Assembly (NCBI GenBank): GCA_016794505.1
Contig: JAEUJZ010000074.1
Location: forward strand, 49,061 to 113,060
Reading direction: 5' to 3'
Source of the DNA: Myxococcales bacterium
Lineage (GTDB): Bacteria > Myxococcota_A > Polyangia > Palsa-1104 > JAEUJZ01
Length of the DNA stretch: 64,000 nt
Positions within the stretch are counted from its first letter, which is position 1, and every line of letters starts with the position of its first letter. Shown in pieces: positions 26,737 to 36,678 of the stretch. The notes below the pieces were generated by a model. That model did no database searches, was not told the DNA's origin, and saw only the letters and a list, made by a program, of their open reading frames with translations. The position numbers and the translations under genes were made by a program.

Positions 26737-28098
26737 CTACACCGCGTCGACTGCTTCGCTGGGATCGACGGGATTCAGCACGATGCCCGATGCGATCTTA
26801 GGAAAGAAGTAGGTCGACTTCTGCGGCATCACTTCACCGGCTTCGGCCACCGACATCACTTGCTCGACGCGCGTCGGGTTCAAAAGGAAGACGGCCTGTT
26901 CCCCGTCGCGACCGGCAGCAGCCTGCAGAGCCTGGCCGAAGTCTTTCAGATAGCGCAGGTTGGTCTGCGCCTCTTGCGCGGCGCGATCGATGCCCAGCGC
27001 TTGCTCAAACACCAGCGCGTGCAGAACCGTCACATCGAGATCGCGCAGGACATCGGGCCCCCCGACGGCGGCTCGCGCCTCGGGCCGGCGGGTGAGAAAC
27101 AGCGATCGACCTGCGCTGCACAGAAGAAAGCTGGGCCCGCGCTCTCCGTAGTCCCGCAGCGTAGCCTGCGCGATCTCGTGCGATCCCAGCGATGATTCGA
27201 CGATGTCGAAGTGCTCGGCGAGCTTCCGCAAGAGCGCATCCAGATCGAAGCCGGGTACGCTGTGCAGCACTCGATGCGTCGGAAAGACGACCAAGCCGGG
27301 ATCGCGCGCGTTGCACAAAAAGATCGATCCGTATTCCGCTGCTGAGTCGTTGCCGCGATAGCCAGGCTCACGCCGCCACTCTTCGCGCAGCGCGAGCATG
27401 GTCTCGTACCGATGGTGGCCATCCGCGATGTAGATGCGCTTGTCGCGCAGCAGACGACAGACCTGCGCCATCGCCGTGCGATCGGTCAAGCGCCACAGCC
27501 GATGCAAAACATTGTCATCTGTGGTGCCGAACAGATCGGGCGGGCGGCTTTCAATCGACGAGAACATGGCATCGGTGTCGCGAGCTGTGTCGTCATACAA
27601 GCCAAACACTTGCGATAAGTGCGTGCGGGTTGCGCGCTTGAGCTTCAAGCGGTCAAGCTTCGGCCCGGCCAGCGTGCGCTCGTGCGGCAACACCACGCCT
27701 TCTGAAAAGCGGTGCAGGCGAATGCGACAGATGAAGCCGCGGCGCACGATGGGACTGGTCGCCGCGATGCTCGATGTGCTGCTGGGTCCCGTCGAGCCCG
27801 GCGGCAGGAAGATCTGGTGATAGCGATACAGCGCGGGCTGCGCGTCTCGCTGCAGCGCGCCCTCGTGCAGCATGCGGCGCAGCGCTGCGCCCGCGACCTC
27901 GTACTTGCCGTCGCTATCGCCGCCGCGATCGTCTTTGGGCAGGATCAGGTGGACGGCGTTGTACGGACTGCGCGCGGCCAAGCCCTGGCGCTGCGCTTCA
28001 CTGATCACGTCGTAGGGAGGAGCCAGCAGCGCAGAGACATCGGGGTGCTGGTCAGCTTGTGGGCGATAGAGAATGCCGCGGAACGGTGCGATCTCAGC
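26737..28098 (-). CDS. DUF1015 family protein
   Basis: The N-terminus MAEIAPFRGILYRP and the overall length and layout match the DUF1015 family. The start is set at MAEIAPF (28098). Confidence 0.7.
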   Translation of the reverse strand, partial: AEIAPFRGILYRPQADQHPDVSALLAPPYDVISEAQRQGLAARSPYNAVHLILPKDDRGGDSDGKYEVAGAALRRMLHEGALQRDAQPALYRYHQIFLPPGSTGPSSTSSIAATSPIVRRGFICRIRLHRFSEGVVLPHERTLAGPKLDRLKLKRATRTHLSQVFGLYDDTARDTDAMFSSIESRPPDLFGTTDDNVLHRLWRLTDRTAMAQVCRLLRDKRIYIADGHHRYETMLALREEWRREPGYRGNDSAAEYGSIFLCNARDPGLVVFPTHRVLHSVPGFDLDALLRKLAEHFDIVESSLGSHEIAQATLRDYGERGPSFLLCSAGRSLFLTRRPEARAAVGGPDVLRDLDVTVLHALVFEQALGIDRAAQEAQTNLRYLKDFGQALQAAAGRDGEQAVFLLNPTRVEQVMSVAEAGEVMPQKSTYFFPKIASGIVLNPVDPSEAVDAV

Positions 28099-28164
28099 CA
28101 TGGCCGCTAGTTCTACATCGGCGGCGGCCCAGCCCGACAAAAAAGAGCGCGCTCGATCCGCGAA

Positions 28165-28749
28165 CTAGGTCGCGGTCTTTTGGTGCCACGCTGCAAGCTC
28201 GGCGACCGCGCTATCTAGCTCGTCGCACAGCGGGTGGCCCCCCAGCAGCCGGCGCGAGATCGCCGCCAGCGAGGTGTAGTACCAGAGCTGGTCGGCCGAT
28301 GAACCGCGGAACTTGCTCCACAGCGCTTCGCCCTGTGCCTGCAGATCGCGCAGCATGGCGTGGCAGTTGTGCAGCGCGTCAGCGGCCTTGACCGCTGCGA
28401 TCAGGCTGTCCCCGGCGGCAAGCTGGGCCAGCTTTTCTTGCTTGCGCTCTCGCCATGAGCGCAGCTTGCCCCCCTCGGTCTTCTTTTCAGAGACGGCATC
28501 CACCAGCCGCGCCACCGCCTGCCCGAATTCCTCGCTGATCTGCGACAGCGGGATGTCGGTGTCTTCGACCACATCGTGTAGGACCGCTGCCACCACGACC
28601 TCTTCGGGGAACTGGTACTTGAGCAGCACCATGGCAACGTGTGCGGGATGCACGATGTACGGAATCGCGGTGCCCTTGCGTAGCTGCTGTCTGTGGGCCT
28701 GCGCAGCGACAACAAGAGCCCGGTCGAGGACAGAAGAATAGGCAGGCAT
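28165..28749 (-). CDS. HD-domain phosphohydrolase (small RelA/SpoT-type HD domain protein)
   Basis: The HD metal-binding motif is present (IVHPAHVAMVL...VLHDVVEDT). Confidence 0.7.
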   Translation of the reverse strand: MPAYSSVLDRALVVAAQAHRQQLRKGTAIPYIVHPAHVAMVLLKYQFPEEVVVAAVLHDVVEDTDIPLSQISEEFGQAVARLVDAVSEKKTEGGKLRSWRERKQEKLAQLAAGDSLIAAVKAADALHNCHAMLRDLQAQGEALWSKFRGSSADQLWYYTSLAAISRRLLGGHPLCDELDSAVAELAAWHQKTAT

Positions 28750-28910
28750 GCCCGCAGTATATCAAGCGGGCCGCCTGGGCGGCGAAGCGCACCGATCACA
28801 CGGGGGCCAAGACGAGCCAGCGAGCCATGCACGAGAGAGGAAAAGCAAAGACCGAGCGAGAGAGGGAGAGAGACGAAGCGCGCGTCAGCGGATGGCAGGA
28901 GCAGCGGAAG

Positions 28911-30245
28911 CTAGTAGCGGTAATGTTCCGGCTTGAACGGACCTTCGACCGAGACGCCGAGATACGCCGCCTGCTTTTCGGTCAGCTTGGTCAGCTTGAC
29001 GCCGAGCTTGGACAGGTGCAGCGCCGCGACCATCTCGTCGAGCTTCTTGGGCAGGACGTGAACGCCCAGCGGGTACTTGCCCGTCTCTTGCCACAGCGCA
29101 AGTTGGGCTAGCACTTGGTTTGTGAAGCTCGTCGACATAACGAACGAGGGGTGACCGTTGGCGCAGCCGAGGTTTACCAAGCGACCGCGCGCCAAGACGA
29201 TCAGGCGATGGCCATTCTTGAGCTGGAACTGATCGACCTGCGGCTTGATCGGCGTCTCGACGCTGTTCTGCTCTAGCCAGCGCATGTCGATCTCGCAGTC
29301 GAAGTGACCGATGTTGCACAGGATGGCGTTGTCCTTCATCTGTGCCATGTGCTCGCCACGCACGACGTCCAAGCAGCCGGTCGCGGTGACGAAGATGTCG
29401 CCCTGCGCCGCGGCCTCTTCCATGGTCGTGACTTCAAAGCCTTCCATGGCCGCCTGCAGCGCGATGATCGGATCGATCTCGGTGACCAGCACGCGCGCAC
29501 CGAAGCCGCGCAGCGACTGTGCGCAGCCCTTGCCGACATCGCCGTAGCCCGCCACAACGGCGACCTTGCCCGCGAACATGACGCCGGTCGCGCGCTTGAT
29601 GCCATCGGCCAGCGACTCGCGGCAGCCATACAGGTTGTCGAACTTGGACTTGGTGACGCTGTCGTTGACGTTGATCGCCGGGACCTTGAGCTTGCCGGCC
29701 TTGTGCATCTCGTACAGACGGTGAACGCCGGTTGTGGTCTCTTCGCTGATGCCGCGGACGGGATCCGGGCCGGAAAATAGCTCGGGGTACTTCTCATGCA
29801 CGACGATGGTCAGGTCGCCGCCGTCATCGAGGATCATGTTCGGTCCACGCCCGCCCCACTTGTTGGGCGAAAAGGCGCGAAGCTGCATGTCGATGCACTC
29901 GTAGTACTCCTCTTCCGTCTCACCCTTCCAGGCATAGACGGGGATGCCGGCCTTGGCGATGGCGGCGGCCGCGTGATCCTGCGTCGAGTAAATGTTGCAG
30001 GACGTCCACGTGACCTCGGCGCCTAGCTCGACCAGCGTCTCGATCAGAACGGCGGTCTGCACGGTCATGTGCAAGCAGCCGGCAACGCGCGCTCCGGTCA
30101 GCGGCTTGCTCTTGCCGTACTGCTGACGAAGCGCCATCAGGCCCGGCATCTCGCTCTCGGCGATGATGATCTCTTTGCGGCCCCAGTCGGCAAGCGACAT
30201 GTCTTTGACCTTGTAGGGCGGAACTTCTCGGGTGCTGTCGGCCAT
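28911..30245 (-). CDS. ahcY: Adenosylhomocysteinase
   Basis: Conservation to S-adenosyl-L-homocysteine hydrolase runs end to end ([49 protein letters not shown]-binding [23 protein letters not shown]-terminal [15 protein letters not shown]). Confidence 0.9.
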   Translation of the reverse strand: MADSTREVPPYKVKDMSLADWGRKEIIIAESEMPGLMALRQQYGKSKPLTGARVAGCLHMTVQTAVLIETLVELGAEVTWTSCNIYSTQDHAAAAIAKAGIPVYAWKGETEEEYYECIDMQLRAFSPNKWGGRGPNMILDDGGDLTIVVHEKYPELFSGPDPVRGISEETTTGVHRLYEMHKAGKLKVPAINVNDSVTKSKFDNLYGCRESLADGIKRATGVMFAGKVAVVAGYGDVGKGCAQSLRGFGARVLVTEIDPIIALQAAMEGFEVTTMEEAAAQGDIFVTATGCLDVVRGEHMAQMKDNAILCNIGHFDCEIDMRWLEQNSVETPIKPQVDQFQLKNGHRLIVLARGRLVNLGCANGHPSFVMSTSFTNQVLAQLALWQETGKYPLGVHVLPKKLDEMVAALHLSKLGVKLTKLTEKQAAYLGVSVEGPFKPEHYRY

Positions 30246-30369
30246 AACGTCTCCTTAAGCGGGTGCCTCGCGCCAGGGCGAGGCGTTCAATTGACTGTAT
30301 CGCAGGTGAAGTAGAGAGGAAGTGGCAGGTCTGATGCCGCGCTCGGTGGAGACGCAGCGCAGAGGAGAG

Positions 30370-33300
30370 CTAGAACGCCAAGCGTGCGCCCACGCGGAGA
30401 TACAGCGGAGCTTGGTATGCCGTCGGCTGACCGTAGTTGCTGTTGAGCACCGGCACCGAGCCATCTGGCGAGCGCAGCCGCTTGAGATCTTCCGGCTTGC
30501 CATAGCGGATGGGGTCAACGAACGAGAACGTGTACTCATCGTCGACGTTGATCACTTCCTGCTGGTTGAACAGGTTGATCACGTCGAAGTACAGCGTCGC
30601 CTTCACTTGATCCGTCAGCTGATGGTCATAGCCAATGTGCGCGTCCATCTGCGTGATCATCGGCGTGCGACCGCCCGATCCCGACGGCAGGATGAACGTC
30701 TCGCGCGCACCATAGACCGAGTGCTGACCCAGCACTTGAATCGGGCGACCCGACAGCGCTGTAAACGTCAAGCTGGCGGTCAGCGAGCCCTTGCCACCGA
30801 ACAGCGGCTGCACATAGAAGCCCGTCGCCTTCAGGTTGTGCGGGCGATCGTTGTTCAGCGGACCGTCGCGGTTCACGAGCAGATCGATGATGTCGTACTG
30901 CGTCGTGATGTTGGGATCGAGCTGATTGTTGTACGGGTTGAACGGGCCGGGGAAGTTACCCGTCAGGCGCGAGTAGGTGTAGTTGGCGAGGATCGAAAAG
31001 CGGTTCGACAGCCGCTTGTTGATGGTGAACGTGATCGCGTGGTACTCGCGCTTGGGCGGCGGGAACAGAGCAACCGCCTTGGTCACTTCCAGGCGACGCT
31101 CGGCCTGCGCTGCTTTTTCCGCCAGATCCTTGTTCGTCGGATTGGCTTCGGCGGCTTTCTTGGCCGCGGCTAGATCGTCCTCAAGCTGCTTGACCTGCGA
31201 TGGGTCGGCGACCGCACCGGGGTTGGCGATGAAGTACGTCTCGCCGCCGTTCACAGACAAGTCTTCGACGGCCTGGCCCAGCGTGCGGTACGTATAGAAC
31301 GCGCCGACGACGATGTCCCAGCCCACGTCGTACTGACCACCGGCCACGAACTCGTCGAGATACTGGCCCTTGAGGCCCGGCTGAACCGGCGCGAACACGC
31401 CACTGCCTGCCACGCGCGGCTGGGATAGGTTGCACGGCAAGTCAGACGTTGAGCCAGGCACCACCAACGAGCGACCCGTCTGCGAGTTGGCTCGCTTGGG
31501 GCAATCCGTCACAAAGCCGCGACCGACCAGCAGACCTTCGCCGCTGAACGCGCGGTCGTTGATGTCCATTGGGATCGACTGGAAGAAGCGGCCGAAGTTG
31601 CCATAGATCTTCGCGCGACCCTTGCGCGTCGGATCCCAAGCGAAGCCGACGCGCGGCGCGATGTTATCGAGCAGCGAGATCTGCTTGCTGCCGTCGGCGC
31701 CGTAGACATCTTGGATCTCCCAGCGAACTCCGGCGTTGATCACAAAGCCCGGCAGGAACGACACGTTCCAGCTATCGCGCAGGTACACGGCATAGTTCCG
31801 CGTCTCGGTGACGGCGCGGAAGTAGTCGTAGCAATAGAAGCCCTTGGCGATCGGGCACGGCGTGCCTTTGTCGCCAAACTGGTTGACTTCATCCGGCAGC
31901 GCAAAGCCACGGTTGGTGCGCAGACCCGAGCCATCGGCGTTCGTCGTGTACGTCACGCGACCGGCGTACAAGCTGTTCGGATCGAAGTCGGTGCCGGTGT
32001 ACTTACGCGTGTTGTCCGATAGGTTGTCTTCGAAGTCGAAGCCAAGCTTGAACTGGTGGTTGCCCAGCAGGTTCACAAACAGCGTGCCGGACGCTTGCAG
32101 AGCATGACGCTGCAGCACGCGGTTGAGCACGAACTGCCCATAGCCATACGCGAAGTAGTCGGTGATCGGGCAGGGGTTGAACGCTTTGGGGTCGTTGGGA
32201 TCGTTGCCATCGCGACGACAACCTGGCACGTCCTCGAAGTCCGCCAACGAATAGGGATTGGCGCCCGAGGCACGATAGCGAATCTGCTGCCGACCCAGCG
32301 CGTTCGGAACATCGGCGCGCCCCTGGTAGTGATAGCCGTACAAGACGTCAAGCTGCAGCTTGCGATCGAACAGCTTGCCGATGTAGTGGACCATGCCGTC
32401 GTGAACTTGCTGCGAGCGGTCGACGAGCAGGCCGTTCGGATCGTTGCGCACGTTGCCGTTGTAGAAGCGATCAATCTGCGGCGCCCCGATGTAGCCCACC
32501 GTGATGTTGTGGTCGGGGTTGATGTTGAACTGCAGCTTGCCGATCCAGTTGTAGATGCGCTGGTACTCGCGAAGCTCTTGGCTGCCGACCTCCGTCGTGC
32601 GCAGCGCGTTCTGCTCAAGACCCGCGCTCAGCGCCGGATCCGCGAGGTAGCTCGGCGCGCGGTAATCGGTATCGCGCTCGGGCAGGAACGTGCCGTCGGC
32701 CTGCATCGCGCCCTTGACGCGGCTGCGCAGTACGCGATCGATGCCGGTGATGGTGAACGTCGGAGCAAAGCCGGCATAGAACCAGATGCGGTCTTTCAGA
32801 ATCGGACCACCTAGCTCGAAGCCGAAGTCGTATTGGTGCAGCTGACGCGTGCGCGTGCCCAGCGCTTCGCCCAAGCGCGCCACCGTGTTCGGTGTTGCTT
32901 GGTAGGGAGCCCACGCGCCGAACACGCCTCCGTGGAATTCGTTGCTGCCGGTCTTGGTGGCGATCGAGATCACGCCGCCTGTGGCTCGGCCATATTCCGC
33001 CTGATAGCCACCCGTAATGACCTGGATGTCTTTGATGAAGTACTGGTGTAACTGCGTAGCCACCACGCCCGTGTTGAGATCCGTGGTGTTGAGACCGTCG
33101 ATGATGACCGCGTTCTCGTTGCCCACCGCGCCCGAAAACGAGACACCGACGTCTCCGCCTGCCTGCTGACGCGGCGCCACGTCGGCCGAGCCAGGAGCCA
33201 GCGACATGACCGACTCATACGTCCGGCCACGCACGGCGGTGTTTTGCAGGATCTCTTGCGTCACTTCGACGCCTGTATTGGCCGTGACGGTATCGACGTT

Positions 33301-33762
33301 CGGCGCCCGCTCGCGCAGGACGATCTTTTCCGCCCGTCCCTTGGTCGTCGACATCGCGACACCGACCGTCAGCGTCTTGTTCAGGCTGACGCGAACGCCC
33401 GGTCGCTCGACGATGACGTCGTTGAAGTAGAAGCGGACGATGTAGTTATCGCCCGGCGGTAGCTGCGTGATCAGATACCGACCGCTGCTGTCGGTTACTT
33501 CCGTCTGATCGCCTTGCAGCGCGGGACCGCTGATCACCACGGTGACGCCCGGCAACGGACGCCCGCTTTCTTTGTTGGTCACCTGTCCCTGAATGCCGCC
33601 GAACTGGACCTGCGCCATCGCCGATGGCGCATACAGCGTCGACAGAGCCATGCCGCCGGTCAGCAGCGCAGGCAGGGAAAGCTGACGCAAAAGCGGGCGG
33701 GCCAACGGCCGCTCCGTCGAGCGCAAAGGACGCTTAGAACGATTCTGCTTTCGTGATCTCAT
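30370..33762 (-). CDS. Oar-like TonB-dependent outer-membrane receptor with an N-terminal carboxypeptidase-regulatory-like domain
   Basis: A signal peptide leads into a CarboxypepD_reg-like beta-sandwich (GIQGQVTNKESGRPLPGVTVVISGP...TDSSGRYLI). A TonB-dependent plug and a roughly 1000-aa beta-barrel follow, ending in the aromatic residue typical of this family (RLAF). Confidence 0.8.
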   Translation of the reverse strand: MRSRKQNRSKRPLRSTERPLARPLLRQLSLPALLTGGMALSTLYAPSAMAQVQFGGIQGQVTNKESGRPLPGVTVVISGPALQGDQTEVTDSSGRYLITQLPPGDNYIVRFYFNDVIVERPGVRVSLNKTLTVGVAMSTTKGRAEKIVLRERAPNVDTVTANTGVEVTQEILQNTAVRGRTYESVMSLAPGSADVAPRQQAGGDVGVSFSGAVGNENAVIIDGLNTTDLNTGVVATQLHQYFIKDIQVITGGYQAEYGRATGGVISIATKTGSNEFHGGVFGAWAPYQATPNTVARLGEALGTRTRQLHQYDFGFELGGPILKDRIWFYAGFAPTFTITGIDRVLRSRVKGAMQADGTFLPERDTDYRAPSYLADPALSAGLEQNALRTTEVGSQELREYQRIYNWIGKLQFNINPDHNITVGYIGAPQIDRFYNGNVRNDPNGLLVDRSQQVHDGMVHYIGKLFDRKLQLDVLYGYHYQGRADVPNALGRQQIRYRASGANPYSLADFEDVPGCRRDGNDPNDPKAFNPCPITDYFAYGYGQFVLNRVLQRHALQASGTLFVNLLGNHQFKLGFDFEDNLSDNTRKYTGTDFDPNSLYAGRVTYTTNADGSGLRTNRGFALPDEVNQFGDKGTPCPIAKGFYCYDYFRAVTETRNYAVYLRDSWNVSFLPGFVINAGVRWEIQDVYGADGSKQISLLDNIAPRVGFAWDPTRKGRAKIYGNFGRFFQSIPMDINDRAFSGEGLLVGRGFVTDCPKRANSQTGRSLVVPGSTSDLPCNLSQPRVAGSGVFAPVQPGLKGQYLDEFVAGGQYDVGWDIVVGAFYTYRTLGQAVEDLSVNGGETYFIANPGAVADPSQVKQLEDDLAAAKKAAEANPTNKDLAEKAAQAERRLEVTKAVALFPPPKREYHAITFTINKRLSNRFSILANYTYSRLTGNFPGPFNPYNNQLDPNITTQYDIIDLLVNRDGPLNNDRPHNLKATGFYVQPLFGGKGSLTASLTFTALSGRPIQVLGQHSVYGARETFILPSGSGGRTPMITQMDAHIGYDHQLTDQVKATLYFDVINLFNQQEVINVDDEYTFSFVDPIRYGKPEDLKRLRSPDGSVPVLNSNYGQPTAYQAPLYLRVGARLAF

Positions 33763-33809
33763 TGCCGGTTTCCACGGGATGGGTCGTGTCGTGTTGCGTC
33801 ACGCCCCGA

Positions 33810-35069
33810 CTAGGGGCACTTGCTCGCTGCGCGTGCGTCGGCGTTCTTGACATGCGGCTCTGCTGCCGTCGCTGCAAACTTCACATTCAGGATTAGCTCG
33901 CCGCTTATGCTGTGCCGCCCCTGCGTGAACATGCCCCCCTGCGCGACGTCCTTGATGCTGCCCGCCGGGATGCGAATCTTCAGCTCGTTGGCATCGCTGG
34001 GCCAGTCGCCAGTCATCGGGAAGACGTACAGCTCTCGCTGGCTCTGGGGCTTGCATTCCGAGCGACCAAAGGCGTTGCTGCCCAGCCCGACTTGGATGAG
34101 CGCCCCACCGTCTCTGCGTGCTTCCACCATCACGGCGCTCAGGCCGGCGTGAAAGACCGGCGCATTGAGCAGCAGCGTCACCGCTCCGTTGCGCTGCTGA
34201 TCGGCCACGTCAAACGTCGTCAGCGCCGGCTGGCTCTTGTAAACCCACTCATCCTTGTCGGGGCTGTTCTTGCTGCCAAACACCCGCAGGATCTGGAATG
34301 GCTCGGTCTTGAACTTCAGCAGCGCACCCTGTTCCCCTGCGCCCGACCACTTTTCGCCATCGCGGCCCGCGATTCCACTTGCGAGCTGGATCGTGTAGCT
34401 GCTGTCCGGTTCCAAGGCCGCCCGCGGATCCGTGTTGTCCTTTGACTTGTCGTTCTTGGTGAACAGCGACAGTTGGATCGATGGGCCGTAGGGGATCGAT
34501 ACCGGATCAAACGACACATCCGATCCGCTGATGAACAAGTTGCGCGACATCGGAGGCTGGCCGCCACACTCCGTACAGATCAGCTTCACCGAGTCGCGCA
34601 AGGCCACGCTGGCCGCATCCGTGGTGTTGGCATCTTTGCTCGCATCCCACGAGGTACCCAGCTCTTTCCCGTCGAGCATAAGCGGCGCCTTGTTGAAGAC
34701 GATGCGAATGTCCCGCCCGGAATCGGGCGTCGGCGGACTCTTGTGCGGCGCGTAGCGATCTTTGAAGACGTCGTTGTAACAGATGCGGCAGATGCGCAGC
34801 TCGCGGTTCTCGGCCTTCGTGCAGTCCGGCGCCATCTTGCAGTCAGGCAAGCTGGTATCCGTGAAGACGGTCGCATCGCGCGAGCCCGGATCAGACAGCG
34901 TCAACCTTAGGACTTGGATCGGACCCTTGGGCTCTTCAAGCTGACCCGTCAAGTAGTCAGCGCAGCCCGAAAGAAGCAGCGCGGCGCTCAGCCCAGCGCA
35001 GGCGCCTAGGCTGACACCGGCACCGGAAACGGCACCAGAAAAAGCTCGGAAGGTTCGTGACGATGACAT
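33810..35069 (-). CDS. Hypothetical lipoprotein
   Basis: A signal peptide with a lipobox (AALLLSGCADY) is present. No recognisable domain was found. Coding-like composition runs across 1.2 kb. Confidence 0.5.
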   Translation of the reverse strand: MSSSRTFRAFSGAVSGAGVSLGACAGLSAALLLSGCADYLTGQLEEPKGPIQVLRLTLSDPGSRDATVFTDTSLPDCKMAPDCTKAENRELRICRICYNDVFKDRYAPHKSPPTPDSGRDIRIVFNKAPLMLDGKELGTSWDASKDANTTDAASVALRDSVKLICTECGGQPPMSRNLFISGSDVSFDPVSIPYGPSIQLSLFTKNDKSKDNTDPRAALEPDSSYTIQLASGIAGRDGEKWSGAGEQGALLKFKTEPFQILRVFGSKNSPDKDEWVYKSQPALTTFDVADQQRNGAVTLLLNAPVFHAGLSAVMVEARRDGGALIQVGLGSNAFGRSECKPQSQRELYVFPMTGDWPSDANELKIRIPAGSIKDVAQGGMFTQGRHSISGELILNVKFAATAAEPHVKNADARAASKCP

Positions 35070-35222
35070 CGCAATGCTCCAGGCGTGGTTGCTGCAGACC
35101 AGCTGAACTACACGAGCCGGCGCAATGCCTATACAACGAGGAGACCGCCAAAGTCATCAATGAAGATCACGCCCCCGGCCAGCCCCTGGGCGCTCTCCTT
35201 TGGCTTCGCATCCGCCGTCGGA

Positions 35223-36611
35223 TCACGATGAGGCGCGCTGAAGTCGCGGCAGCAAGACGTCTTCGAGCGCGTCGATCCGCGGCGCGACGATCTGCGGCGA
35301 GTTATGCGGTAGAACGCCGCGTTGCTCTAAGCGCTCTGGGTCAACGTTTTCTTGCGTTCGCAGCGGCGATTCGAGCCGTTCGGGTCGATGGTGTCGCAGC
35401 TTCTGACCACTGAACTTCAAGCCGTGCGCCGTGCTAATGACCACAACGCGCTCGTGCGATCGCACGGTGTCCTGCTCGCGCAGGTGTCGCAGCGCGGCCA
35501 GCGCCACGCCGGTATGCGGATCGGCATACAGGCCGTGTCGATCGCCCTGCAGCCAAGCCTGCGTGATCTCATCTTCGCTGGCTTGCTCGACCACGCCCGC
35601 GAAGTCTTTCAATGTGGCGATCGCTTTGTCGACATTGACCGGGTGACCGATGCGAATGGCGCTGGCCTGCGTCGGACCGGCCAGCGTTGGATGAAAGCGC
35701 CACTCGTTCTTGAACGCCGCATAAAGAGGGGCCGACGCTTGTGCTTGCGCGGCGCACAGACGGGGCAGCCGATCGATGAGCCCCACAGTTCGAAGCAGCT
35801 TGAAGCCTTTGCCGATCGCGGTGACGTGTCCCAAGTTGCCGCTGGGAACGATGATCCAGTCGGGCACTTGCCAGCCCAGCTGCTGGCAGATCTCCACCGA
35901 TAGTGTCTTTTGTCCCTCGATCCGCAGCGGGTTCATCGAGTTCGCCAAGTAGACGCCGTGGCGCCCGCAAAACTCGGCGACCAAGCGCATGCAGCCATCA
36001 AAGTCGGTATCCAGCGCGCACGTCGTCGCGAAGCTTGAAAGCGGCTGAGCCAACTGTTCGTCGCTGACCTTGTCAGCTGGCAAGAAAACGATGGCCGGGA
36101 TGCCAGCCCGCGCGGCATACGCCGACAGCGCCGCCGACGTGTCACCCGTGGATGCACAAGCAATCGCCGCAATCCGATGATTCCGCCGCAGCGCTTGCAC
36201 CATCGAGACCAGCGCCGTCATACCCACGTCTTTGAACGATCCCGTGGGGTTGTGTCCGCACTGCTTGATCCACAGATGCTCACAACCAAGCTCACGCCCC
36301 AGCGTCGGCATCGGTACCAGCGGAACCCTCCCCTCGCCCAGCGAGACGATGTCCGCGTCGGTTAGGGCCGGCAACACCCACTCTCGCTGAGCCCAGACGC
36401 CGCTCTGATCTAGAAACGCGGCACTACTCGCCCGCGCCGAAAGGAGGGCCCGCCATGCATCGGCCGATCGCTCTTGCCACGCCGCTTCGTCATGTACGAC
36501 ATCTAGCAAGCCGCCGCAGCCCCGGCAGCGCACCAAGATCTCGGTCAGCGGATACGTTGCACCGCAGCCGGCAAAGCAGCGAAACCAGGCAGAGAAGTTC
36601 GGGGATGACAT
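35223..36611 (-). CDS. thrC: Threonine synthase
   Basis: An N-terminal zinc-ribbon-like segment reads CFAGCGATYP..RCRGCGG. The PLP-lysine motif is SFKDVGMTALVS. The PLP enzyme fold continues beyond it. The start is chosen at MSSPNF (36611). Confidence 0.85.
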   Translation of the reverse strand: MSSPNFSAWFRCFAGCGATYPLTEILVRCRGCGGLLDVVHDEAAWQERSADAWRALLSARASSAAFLDQSGVWAQREWVLPALTDADIVSLGEGRVPLVPMPTLGRELGCEHLWIKQCGHNPTGSFKDVGMTALVSMVQALRRNHRIAAIACASTGDTSAALSAYAARAGIPAIVFLPADKVSDEQLAQPLSSFATTCALDTDFDGCMRLVAEFCGRHGVYLANSMNPLRIEGQKTLSVEICQQLGWQVPDWIIVPSGNLGHVTAIGKGFKLLRTVGLIDRLPRLCAAQAQASAPLYAAFKNEWRFHPTLAGPTQASAIRIGHPVNVDKAIATLKDFAGVVEQASEDEITQAWLQGDRHGLYADPHTGVALAALRHLREQDTVRSHERVVVISTAHGLKFSGQKLRHHRPERLESPLRTQENVDPERLEQRGVLPHNSPQIVAPRIDALEDVLLPRLQRASS

Positions 36612-36678
36612 GCACGGCCGTCCTTGGCGAGGTGAGGTGTGATTCGTCAACGGGCTTCGTCTTCAGCGCGCTTCGTCT

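Noticed and set aside
28820-28885. GA-rich purine tract between ahcY and the HD gene as a possible riboswitch or sRNA
   Set aside because: No conserved riboswitch core, such as SAH or SAM-type motifs, was recognised by eye. It is treated only as low-complexity leader sequence.
30322-32814. Plus-strand ORFs (283 aa, 252 aa) inside the TonB-dependent receptor gene
   Set aside because: They are antisense to a 1130-aa barrel protein with end-to-end family conservation. Their translations are R/V/A-rich.
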